From contig CM041465.1 of assembly GCA_023213395.1 (NCBI GenBank), positions 211,861,741-211,925,740 of the forward strand: 64,000 nt of DNA, given 5' to 3'. The stretch is from Cycas panzhihuaensis (taxonomy: Eukaryota > Plantae > Cycadophyta). Positions within the stretch are counted from its first letter, which is position 1. The number at the start of each line of letters is the position of its first letter. A model generated the notes under the pieces. It made no database searches. It was not told where the DNA came from and was given only the letters and a program-made list of their open reading frames with translations. Of the stretch, positions 39,501 through 51,651 are shown in pieces. Made by a program: the position numbers and the translations under genes.

Positions 39501-42500
39501 TATAGAAGGGAATGGGAGTGCTAGAGGTGTTTATAGTCTATTAACCTCTTAGGTATAATTATGTATAGACAAGGTAAAAATTATGTAATAATCTCACTTA
39601 GTCCATCATGACAAGCATGATGAGCTTGTCAAATTGATGTAGGTAAGATTATGTATGATTTTTTGGCTGATGGGGCCCACTTGCTATTTTTTACTAAAAT
39701 TTTAGGTTGAGATTGACCGAGCCAAAAATGATTAGCACAACATACTAATTAAAATAAAATGTATATGTGAATAGATGACATTTTTTGCCTGATACACTTT
39801 TTTTCTAGAGTTGGTACAAGTTTCATTTAAATTAGATAAGTATTTCTTGAAGTAACCCTAGGGACTAGGTGGGGGCCTTTCCCTCTTCCTCTTTTTTTTC
39901 CTTTATATAGAGGGCAGGATTTGGACCAAGAGACTGGGTGTGGGGATTAAAAATTGAGTATGAGGTTTGGACAAAAAAATTTAAATGTTATGTTATTATC
40001 TTTGTACTATAGGTCAAAGTTGTGTTGTTGTATATGTAATATAGGTTGGTGTTCTTGTTTTGATGATGTTATAACTTTAAGATTTTTTCTTTTTAAATTA
40101 TCTTTTGGATTATCTTATGAAAATATAGTAGTCTCAACTTATTTTGAGGTAATTTACCTTTTATTATTTTTATAACCCTCTTCTTTTGGGTAGAATTTTG
40201 ACTATAGGGATACAGAAGTACCTAAGACTTAAGAAATATGGTATACCTATTTCTACAAGCCCCTTGATAAACTTCCCAGCCATTACTACTACTCGACTTA
40301 ATTTCTCAAGGTACCAACTACAAAAGAAATCCACACCTATAACTATAATAATTGTGTTAGTATATTTGTAAGGAGTAATTTCTTGGTGATATTCATTAAT
40401 TAGTGCACTATATAAAATAGATGGCCAAAATTTTTTCCTATTCTAGGTAAGGCAAAAGAATCAATAATGGTCCTCTAATCTAACCAAAGGTATATAGAGG
40501 CTTAATCTCATAGCTAGGTTCTGGTTAAGGTTTATGTAGGTAGTATTATCTAATTTTCTTGTTACATAGACATATACACATATGTACTTGGCTATAAATA
40601 AGAAATCCTTATGATTTTTAAAGTCTCCTAATACAAGGTCTCTACCTATAACTAGGGGATATAGGAGGGAGGGAGTTTGCTACCTACTTGCAGTTGCTTA
40701 TTAAATTTTAGAAAATAACAATATTATAGAACTAAAAAAATAAAAGCAAAAGATAAATTCTAGAATTTCACCAAGGGGGGAAACAAATCTTAAAAGTTTT
40801 GCTCTTCCTACAAATCAACTCCTTGGGTGGATCTATAACTTAACTTTGATACTACTTCAAAGGTTCCTTCTCAGTAATCTTTCTTAATCTTATAATATAA
40901 ATGATGCAAAAGACATAATAGAAAGGAAAAATAGACCACTTTTATTAATGGAAGATGTAAAGAACATAGAATAAGCACTTATAAAGACACTAAAGAAAGC
41001 TTAGGGGAACCAAAGTACAACCTTAAATAAGATATAAAATACACAACCCCCTTCCTTTATAAACATCTAGCCTTAAATAAATAAAAGAGGCCTTCTTTTA
41101 GCCAATGCCATTAGTAGATAAATAGTCTTTAATTTTATTGGTAGTTACAAATGATCTCGCACACACAAGTTAATGACTACCACTAACCACTAAGAGACTT
41201 AGACATAAACATATATGGGTAAGTTCTATAGGCCACAAGTTTGTATGTGAACTATTAGAGTAGTCTATTATACCTCAAAGTACTCAAGATCAACTTGGTA
41301 CCCCATCCACCTAATATTCCTAAGATTGATAGGACTACTCAATAAGACCTTGGTAATCATGTTAAAGCTTTTACTATGGAGTATATTAATTATTGACCTT
41401 CTAATCATGTTATAATGAAGTTATTCCCACTTTGCCTCTATAAGGATGCTCTTAAATAGTTTTATTGTCAACCATACATTCTATTCACACCTTCTAATAA
41501 TTATTTAATACATTTGTCAATTATTTTAATGTATCTAAACCCTTTGAGAGTGAGGCCAAGGCCTTCTTCTCCATTAAACAAGGTCATGATAAGCTTAATA
41601 GGGATTTTTTTAGCTACTCCCATGACCTTCTTCACTCTCTTAAGGCCACATTATATGAAAAGTTAAAGCAAGATAGTTTTGTTAATTCCCTCCATCCCAA
41701 GGTACATATGAAAGTTATTAAAATATGTGCCACTACTTGTAAGAGTGTGGTAGCTAAATGCCTTACTTTAGAGTCTATTGGGATCTAGATAGGAGTCAAT
41801 AAACTCATAACACCAACCCCAAGATGTGAAACTTACATATAATCTAAAGAACTAAAACCCCAAGTCAAAACCACTAATAAGACCATGGATTCCCTTATTT
41901 TAGTCATTCTTTCATTTGAAAGAATGATGTAAGACCTCAAATTACAAACTAAGCCCTTATAAAAGTAAAGTTCACAACCCCAAAATCAATAAAACCATTA
42001 ACCTATTCATCAAACTACTTAATAATCTTATTATCCTAAGGATAATAAGGGAGATATCTCCCACATTGGGAAGAAGTAGTATCTAGTCTATTAGAGTTAT
42101 GCCCATGATGATGATTAGTGCTAAACCTAACACCTCGAGGTTTGACCTCCTTATGAGCCTTCTACATATCTTACCTCAAGGCTTAACCTTAACTAATGAA
42201 TCTATAAGGATCCCTTCCCTGAACATGATGGTGGCTTAAGTCTCAAGCCTAGAAGGGTAAATGGAAAAACCCCATAAATCCAAATTGCCACTCTTAAACC
42301 AAGTGTTTTATAATAAGAGTAAACTCAATCCCTACTAAAGGCCCAAAATACCTAACTAGGAGAAGTTGTATGATGCTTTAATATAAAGGATAAGCATATT
42401 TATCAAATGCTTAAGGTTACTCAAGAATTTGTTGTCACCTAAGTTGTAGCTACTTAAGAAGTCGATGACCCTTCCTCTTCATATCTTCAGCCTACCAAGA

Positions 42501-42521
42501 TCCATGTGCTCCCTAAGATTA

Positions 42522-43097
42522 TATTAGAATATGTGATATTTTTACATATATAATATTTAATATAAAATTATAAACCTATATAATTCCATATACAAAAATA
42601 TTAATAGATGTAATAATACATATATATTCATGTTAAAAGATAAAGAGACTCAAAGATTCTATAGGCTATTCATGAGGTGACTAAATCTATAAATATATAT
42701 ATGCACCACTTGAGAACTTAATAAAGGATTAAGTAAGGAGTGTGAATTCATTTAGAGATTAATAACGAGGAGCTCCTAACTCTAACCTTCTCCGTGGTTT
42801 TATCCTTATAGGTTTTCCGTGATATAAATCTATTATCTCTTGTGGTATATATTCATAGATTTATGGTGATGTTTATTATGTTTTATAATTCATGATACTA
42901 TGTTGCCTATTGATCTTACATCTTATACTTGTGTATATATTATTTATATTCCTTATGATATATTATAATTCATAATTGATACTTCATTGATATGATTTTA
43001 CTATATAGATGAGTATATTTTAACATGGTATGAAAGAATAAAATTTTTTAATATGCTATCAAAGCAAATTCAAAATTTCTAATATGGTATTAGAGCC
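42522..43097 (+). mobile_element. LTR followed by three tandem LTR-end/iMet-PBS units; internal part not coding
   Basis: ctataaata TATA and gggttttcc-like LTR motifs; ends ttttaaca; PBS variants at 43026, 43054 and 43085. Confidence 0.6.
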
Positions 43098-43588
43098 ATG
43101 GTGAAATATTAGAGTGTAGTTTAAGAGCCAGAGTGAACTATGAGATCTCCAAGGTTGTGAAAGATCTTGTAGAGACTTGTGATAAATTATTAGCCTATTC
43201 TGAGCTAGTATATAGGCTAATTTAAAAAGAAGTTTGAAGAGTCAAGACCAATTATGTTAGTGACATGTGACTAAGACTTTGGGGCAAGATGAAGATACTG
43301 AGAATCATATATAGTTGTTTAAAGTCATATGAAGAAGAAAACTATGACATTGATGGTAAAACTATTTATTATTTATTATGGATATTAATTTTTAACATAT
43401 CAGTACCATATATTTGAAGCATATAGGTATGAAACAAGTCTAACAAAAGTGATAAAGAAAAGACAAGATATTATTACTAGTTACATTTATCAATATAGGC
43501 TAGCCCCTATAAAAGTGATTGAGATTTTGTGAGATATGCCATCTCATCAAATCACACAATTATCAATAGTAAGATTAAATAAGATAAG

Positions 43589-44306
43589 TGTTGATAACAT
43601 CTCTCTTACCTAGTGCTTAATCATGAAAAATTTTATCCACCTTTTTTTTATGGATTTTCTTCTAGTCCATGTTATTCTTATAATAATTGTTATTGAGAAA
43701 TGAGTAGGAAAATGATGAGAGTAAATGTGTTAAAGAGGAATTTTATGAACAACAATAAAACAAGATATTATGAAGCAAGCTAGTAAGTTGTCACTATAAC
43801 CCAAACATATAGTAGGCTTATATAGTATGATATATGACAAATTTGAAAAAGGTATATTAATGGAAAAATTAATGTATGCAAAAAAGTAAGACATGTTTAG
43901 GACATGATGAAAATATAAAACATAAGGTTTTATGGTAGCAAAATACGATATGTACAAGGCATGTTGATAGCAAAAGTATGATAGGTAGTTATGTGAAGCA
44001 TGAAATTAGGGTTTCAAAGATGATAAATTTTATGAAAAACTTTTGAACATATTGTTATTGAGAAATTAATAGTTTCATATTATGATTTGAGCTATAAAAA
44101 GTGATATGTAATGGGGTAAATCTATATAGACATAATACATAAAATAAAGGATGATTGAAAAAGCAAAGGTGTTAGGGTTTAATGAAGAGTATATGAAGTA
44201 GATATACTTTGGGAAATATGTATGCAAGAGGTTGATAAGAATTAAGGGTTTATATTGAATGGGGTTGTCTATTTATAGGACTCCATTTATGTGTATCCCT
44301 CTATCA
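43589..44306 (-). repeat. Probable solo Gypsy LTR
   Basis: Minus strand reads TGATAGAGGG...ATCAACA, with ctatataagc TATA and aaaccctaa motifs; TSD not clear. Confidence 0.35.
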
Positions 44307-47300
44307 TTATGTTATAAAAAACCTATGATGCCCTACCTATGTACTTACATATAGATCATATATGGAGTCTTACATATCTATGTGTTTTTCATATTATATA
44401 TTAATTCATCCTACCAATTTATGAGTATACTTAAATTACTATTATTGATAATTGTAAAGCTTGTAGAGAAGTCAACTAGGTGTACTATCTATTACTAGCC
44501 CTATCTTGACTACATGAAATACCCTTTGACTCTATTCACCAAAGAATATTTTAACTAGCCTATGGAATCATTACCCTATTTACATGAGGATTATACTCAG
44601 AGTTATGAGATATAAATGCCTTCTAACCATGCTTAATTTATATATGCAAACATGTCTTGCCCACAAAAGAAAGAGCATCATCATTTAAAGAAATTGTGGT
44701 ATATTGGAGTAATTTTTCACCTATACAATGATTTGTTAATTGTGCCTTATATGAAAATTTATCATTGGTTGACTTTTCAAGCCTTTAATTTGTGATTTTA
44801 CGATATACAAATTATATGCATCACCTATTGACTATATAGAGACAAGTTGACTATAAATTTTTTAGCTAGAGTTATTATTTTTTAAATATTTTATGACATT
44901 AAACTAGATTGGATAATTTTATGAAGTCTATTAAAAACCCTTAGCAGATAGCCTGAGGTCATATGGAGCATAGCCATGACTAGGATCCTAAACAAAAAGG
45001 GCTAAACTTAATTTCTTAAGAAATATTCATTTTTAAAGGACATATTAAGACTCTTTTTAGTATAAATTTCCATCTAAGAGTCTATTCTTCATGACATTAG
45101 TTATGTTAGGAAGAGAATTTAGAGATAGATAAAATGAGTGGTTGTAAGGCATATTTTAAAGGTTAGATAATAGATATTTTAATTAGTAAAGTTGATTGAA
45201 GTATTTTTGATATAATAAAACTAGTAATTTTTTAGAAATTTAAAATTTAATTTGGTAATTTTTGACAATTTTAAAAGCTCTTAAGCATATGATGATGTAT
45301 ATTGATGATTGTTGATGAAAGAAAAAGGAATCTTAGTTGAAATTTAATTTAAAATGTCATATTTAAGGCTAATTAATGATATTTTAAGGCTTAAAATTAA
45401 ATATGTAGAAAGTTATTTAATGAAAATATGATATGGGTTTCTTATACATGTTAGACATTATTACGAACCTTCTTAAAGGTTAATCAATTATTATTAATGA
45501 AAAAGGCATCTACTGAAGAGTTGTGACCTTTTATTAAAGGGTCCTATTATGCACCTATAAATGAGGCCTTCAAGGTATTGGATATCATTCATTTTTTTAT
45601 CAACTAAATATATTGGTCTTGTGACTATTAAATCTATTGACCAACTTTGTGTTTCATGGGTGCTCGCTAAATCGATTGATTGTACTCCTGTTATGAAATT
45701 GGTTCATAATTAGTGGTATCATACTGTACAAGATCCATGCCTAGAAGATATTTATTAGTAACCATATAAATAAGAATCAAATTCACTGTTATGAGCCCTA
45801 CATACACAAATCTATAATTGGGTTGAGGCAGAATAATTCCAACTACAACAACTGGCTAATACATCTACAACCGTATTAATATATTTGCATTATATTCAGC
45901 ACAAATCAACACATCCACATTCAGTTGATCAACTTTAATATATTTGTCATTGATATAGTCACTTCTGCAATCTAGTTCCTTGCTCTCATAATATATCATT
46001 GTGACCAGTAACCCTATCCACTATAGAAAGAGTCGTATAAAATTACTACACATTATTTAAGGTAACATGTGGTTCTTCCATTTGCATTGCCTTATTTTTA
46101 TTTTCATTCCATTACCATGCTTGTCTTCTTACGTCATCTCTCCACTTTCTCTACATTGTTGGTTGACAACCACTATCAAAATCACACAGCCATCACACCT
46201 CTTCACGCCTACTACTTTAATACAAACAAATTAACATTGCATTAACACTTTGTCTATTTTGTCCGCTCGTTCTTTTTATTCTGTCAACATTCTGAAATAG
46301 ATAATCAATCATCAACATTGTCGTTAGACGTGTTAGTTAATGCTCATCACTCCACTCCCACAATTTACACATATGAGTGCACACATGTGAAGGTAAGTAA
46401 GGTAAGGTTAAAGTTACTTTAGTTAAGAATTATTTTATTATATTTTAAATTTTAGAGGTTGAGGAGGTTTCCCCTCTTTATCAAACTATATCTTTACTAG
46501 GGTGACAAACCATGGTATCTTTTCATACCACCTTCATTTTAAACATTTATAATACTCTCTCAAAGATAGATTAAATACAAAGATTATTATGTTTATGTGT
46601 TGATTATTTGATATATGCTCCGCTCTGTCTCTATTTTACAAACCTTGATTTGGTAATATTATTTGAAATCTAGGTGCAAGGGTACTAGCCCCCTTTAACA
46701 TTAGCCCCCGATTATATTCTTTTATACGTGACCTTTAGTTATTAAAGGGGGCTTCTTAACTTTATAATTTTTTTTTTTTTTTTTAAATTTCTCCTTAATA
46801 CATAGGGTACCTAGATAATTTCTACAATATCTCTTCATTGGGGTATCAGTTTCTGATGAAACCTATCCTGTCGAGTCTAGAATTTTATGGGTTATAGTTT
46901 AGACTGGCTATTTTCTATATTTGGAGCTGATTTGAACTGATTTTAATGAGATAAAATTAATCATTTTTTTTTTAAGCCTTTTTAAGTTATTACCACAAAA
47001 TCCCTTCTTTAACGAGTTATACTTTATCACCAAGAGATTATTTTTTACCCAAATCTACTCCGTAGTAATCTATTTTCAACAAACTTCATTACTGCTCACT
47101 TATTTTATTTTTTAGGATTTGTTTTAATTACTATTTTAATAAGTGAAAATGACACTTTAGTGTTTTTTTAATATATTTACATAAAAAATACTACTTACAT
47201 TTTTAGTTGTATCTCCTCAACCAAAAATTGGATTTCCAAACTGTAAGATTTGTTGGAATCCTAATTCAGAGCACTACTACCTGGAGGTATTTTTTGCTTG

Positions 47301-48131
47301 ATTTGATTAATTATATTGTAGGTTTGAGTAGGTCAAAGTTGACCTTGTTTATGTTGCCTATTTTATTAATGTTGAAGGACACTTTGAATGCTTTCTTTAA
47401 TATCTTGAGCTTCATAGCTCAGAATTAAATACCATCTGATTCTGGTGAAAGATTTTTAGAGATTTACAATTTTAAATAATTTTAATTTTATTTTAAATCT
47501 ATTTTATAGGTTCTCTAAGCTATCAAAGTTGAGGTATATAGAATCACCTAGTTTGTCATTATTAAACATTTTTATATACTATTTCTTAAGTTTATTGGCT
47601 AAAAGCATATTAAGCATCTCTTTAATTTATATTTGATCATTTTACATTATTTTATAAGGGTTTTACTAGTATTTCGTGATCTTTTCAGCCATATTCTCTC
47701 GTTAAGCCCTAAAAAGGGGACCATATCATTTATACTTTAAAATCTTGACTTGCATGAACCCATTCTTAAAATGATCAGCTCCATTGAATAGATATTTTAT
47801 TAATCTTCAAATTGTTATAATCTCATCTTAATTTGATATTGTTTAGTACAACTTTGAAGCTGATCAACTTGAAAATTAAATATATACCAATAGGCTTGTT
47901 CTCTTAACCTTTTAAGGAATTCTTTCTTTTATTTTTCTTACCGATTACTTATTATACGTGTTTAAGGATTTCATTTAACTTTTATATAGTTTCTTTTAAG
48001 CTAATTTGTAGCAGAAAATTAATTACATACATCTAAAGAAAGTGATAAACTATGTGGTCCTACATCCTAAAATGGGTATAATTCGCTCTTTTTTGGAAGT
48101 TTCTTCTTCACATTTTTCATCCTTCTAAAGA

Positions 48132-48133
<2 letters not shown>

Positions 48134-48183
<50 letters not shown>

Positions 48184-48202
48184 CGAGAGAGAGAGAGAGA
48201 GA
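48134..48202. repeat. (TA)n(GA)n microsatellite
   Basis: Seen directly. Confidence 0.95.
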
Positions 48203-48819
48203 TTTTAGATTTCTTACATCATACATCTTCATTATAGACAAAAGGAATACTTATTAATCTTATATTGAAAAAGGTCATTTTTTTTGCTCAAGTTAATATT
48301 TATTCATTTGAAAAACCAAAAGCTTAAAACTTTTATTTCTTCATCATCAAGAAGTTTTATTTCAAATCTATATATTTAAAGATCTTAGTTACTTTGCAAG
48401 TTTGCTTATATAATCATTCTATTTCAAAGTATATTTGAAATTATATATTATAAGTTTATTGATTTATTAAGTTCTTTGATTCCTTCTAAAGGCACATATT
48501 TTATTAAGAAGTACAAAAAGTTCACTTAGTAGAAACATCCTTGATTCATTATTATACTTAAGGTTGCATAAAGTGCATTTTACTTCAAAGGAACATTTCA
48601 TTTCATTTTATTTTTAAGGGTATTTTTAAGGGCATTACATATTTTGCTTAAAAGTTATTGGCAAGACCACATCATTAATAACTTATTGACATTAGCTTAT
48701 ATTCTTTCTAGAATATCTTTATCATCTACTTGTATTAGTATTAACATCATTTAAGGAGTTCTCTATTTGAAAATCATATTTCTTTTCGATTATATACTAA
48801 AGTTTCCTATAAAATTGCA

Positions 48820-49539
48820 ATGGATCTAAATCAAATATGATTCCTTATATTTGATGGCTATGATTTTTCACAATGGCATAAAATAATGCAAACTTACTTT
48901 ATCACAAATGATCTTTGGAGATACCTACAAGATGGATATGACCTTAATAATAAAGAAGACATAAAAAAAGATAATGAACCCTTAGCTATATTATTTTCCA
49001 CAATAGATGATAATGCTTTTTCTAAAGTTTATGAAATAACAACCTCTAAATCCATATAGGACACATTATATTCTATTTATGGGGGAGAAACCCTCAATCT
49101 AAATGAATTTAACATTGATGTTGTTGAGCATGTGAGACAGATGTTAGAGTAAGTTATTTGTGATGAAAATACCAAGAAAGAGAATTAAGTCAAATGAATG
49201 ATCACCTTGTTGTATGTGAAGATCATCCTTCATTTGAGGGGGAGAAACCTTATAATATGAAAGTTACTCACAAAACAAAGATTTCAGAAGATAAAGTCAA
49301 AGTTCTAAGAGATAAAATTAGAGTTGCAGCCATTCACCTTCATTCAAATCAAGCTACACCTATTTGGACTTCATTTAAACCACTCAATATTAAAGAAACA
49401 CATATTACTGAAAGGACAATGTAGTTGATAATGATCAAGTTAAAGGACAAACATTCAAAGTTTTTTAAGTTTTTCAAGTTTAAGTTTCACAAGTTTAAAG
49501 AGAAGACAAAGATATTCGTGATGACTATTAAGGGGAGAA
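48820..49539 (+). pseudogene. gag: Mini-gag ORF, homologue of 11523-12200
   Basis: MDLNQI.FLIFDGYDFSQW..DLWRYLQDGYD..LAILFSTIDDNAF..VRQMLE..QATPIWTSFK..KDKHSKFF..KFHKFKEK; has stops and a frameshift. Confidence 0.8.
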
Positions 49540-50561
49540 TGTTGAGGTTAATATTCATCACTCCACTCTCACCCTTTATACATGTGAAGGTAAGTAAGGT
49601 AAGGTTAAAGTTACTTTAGTTAAGAATTTTAGAGGTTAAAGAGGTTTCCCTCCTCCCTCAAACTATATCTTTACTAGGGTGACAATCCTTGGTGTATTTT
49701 GATACCACCTTCATTTTGGACATTTGTAATACTCTCTCAAAGATGGATTGAATACAAATATTATTATGTTTATGTGTTGATTATTTGATATATGCTCTGC
49801 TCTATCTCTATTTTACAAACCTTCAAGATGCCAACACTGTAATATAAGGAGGTGTTTTAACTAATAATCTATTTAAATATGGTATATACATTATCATCAT
49901 TAGTCCTTCAAGAAATAAATGAAGAGCCATGGAGGTGCATTAACAAGCAAGATTAATTCGAGTTTGGATTCGCTAGCTACGCTATCACCTACAATATATA
50001 ATGTGCATATAGTGAAGTCAAGACATTACCTATTAACATTTATTTTGGAAAAATATTATAAAGACATCTAAGATATTTTACAACGCAAGGGTTATTACAT
50101 AATCGTGATGTAATATCACTGCCTCAACTTTTGAATCTTCGCCATTACCCATCATCATCCGTGACAATACCATAGAATACCCATGTGTTATTTCGCAAGG
50201 CAAGATAGTGTGTTATTATCCATCTTCTTAACCACCTAATCTTTTCTTATGCAAGATTGCTCGTGATAATAAGAAGCTCCAACCAACTAGATTTCTAAAT
50301 AATAATTCCTATGCATAAAACTTGTCATCGTAACCCATTATATCACTGAGAGTACTCAAGCTAAAATTGAGGTCATGTGGCGTATACACTAAGGCACAAG
50401 TAAGAGTCTCAGATAAATAAGACAAGGAGCCAAATAAACTTTATAGTCGACATGTAGAGAGCTGGACAACCCTTAGAGTGGCTTATGCATATCACTATAC
50501 AAACGCATTGTTACTTGAATAAGAAAGCCATCTAAAATTGTGTGGCGTGGTTCTGGGTTAA

Positions 50562-50724
50562 ACACCATATATCCATATTTGGCATACTATAAATACATAT
50601 TAGAATTATGCCTATCATAATCAAAATCACAAGGGAGAATTTACACCATATATCTATACTTAGCATATCATAAAGACATATTAGAATTGTGCTAATCATA
50701 ATCTCAAAATCATAAGGGAAAATA
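50562..50724. repeat. Two-copy ~81-bp tandem duplication
   Basis: acaccatatatc...catattagaatt...aaaatca.aaggga at 50562 and 50643. Confidence 0.85.
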
Positions 50725-51651
50725 ATTTTTTATATTCTCGATATTGAGAGTCAACATCGCAAGTTAATTAGGAGCCCATATATGCAGTGCAATTAATATA
50801 TTTATCAAGCAAGCATTTGTACATTTTCTATTCACTAATATATTTTGTCGAATGGATGTTTGCCAAGAAGGATACAAACATACATAATTAAGTTAACTAT
50901 GGATTGTTAACAATTACTCTTTATGCTGAGTGGAATAAGTTACATATTATATTAATTATCACCCAAGTTGTGACCTTATCATTCTTGTTATATCATCTTA
51001 CTATCAATTAGAGTCGGTTAGATTGTTCTCTCCTACCTACCACTAGTAAAATATCTAGTTATATAACCATTAAAGGTTACATAGCATCATACAAGATCTC
51101 ACCAAGATATTCACACCCTTTTGCTTGTGTATATATATAATGCCAATAAGATATTCTAAAGTAAGGCAAGGAAATAAGGTTATTATTTCAAGGAATAAGA
51201 TTTGTACTAGTAGGATTCAATTCTATAACACAAAACAAATTTGTAGCACGTTTTGTGTACAAATGGATCAATCAATGTAAGACAATATGATGCAAGTTGT
51301 ACCCATGTCATTATTTACCAATTATCATATTATAATCGTATTTGTGTTATGGCTAGGAAGGATGGAAAGGGACTGGTTATATACTTATGGATTGCAGATA
51401 GTTTGGCCAGCAGAATACTTAGAGATACTTATAAGATATTGTATAAACTTGTAAGAAATATGATAGGCATTCTAGGTAGTGCATCCTTATGTATTTACTT
51501 AACCAGGTATCAAGGTCAAGATTGTTATGACATCATGAGAATAGTTGAAATAATGGGAGCACGATTTATAACACCATTAATCATGAGTGAAGTAACACAT
51601 ATCATCTATAAGGTAATGTGACAACAATAGTTGGAGGCTAAAATTTTGGTA

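Larger units (their letters stand above)
30583..41251 (-). mobile_element. Degenerate chromovirus-type Gypsy element
   Basis: LTRs about 30583-30988 and 40857-41251; decayed iMet PBS actttgatacta 40843-40854; PPT tccccctccc; gag about 38.3-39.1 kb, protease ILIDGGASLNFID near 38150, RT 37.0-37.6 kb, integrase 31.5-32.2 kb, chromodomain (KYLV.W..VT.) 31.0-31.2 kb. Confidence 0.88.
46331..49825 (+). mobile_element. Non-autonomous Copia-related LTR element with mini-gag, copy 2
   Basis: LTRs 46331-46648 and 49540-49825; TSD AGACG/AGATG; PPT aaggggagaa; no pol. Confidence 0.9.

Noticed and set aside
44000-44255. TTAGGGTTT motifs as interstitial telomere
   Set aside because: Isolated single motifs, typical of LTR sequence, not a tandem array.
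46853-46900. Hammerhead-like CTGATGA followed by a stem (aacctat/atgggtt)
   Set aside because: No GAAA after stem II, no plausible stems I/III, and no counterpart in the homologous leaders.
51253-51621. 122-aa ORF, plus an overlapping 55-aa frame with a hydrophobic N-terminus
   Set aside because: Non-ATG start for the long frame, and no recognisable domain or peptide-hormone motif (CLE, CEP, PSK, RALF).
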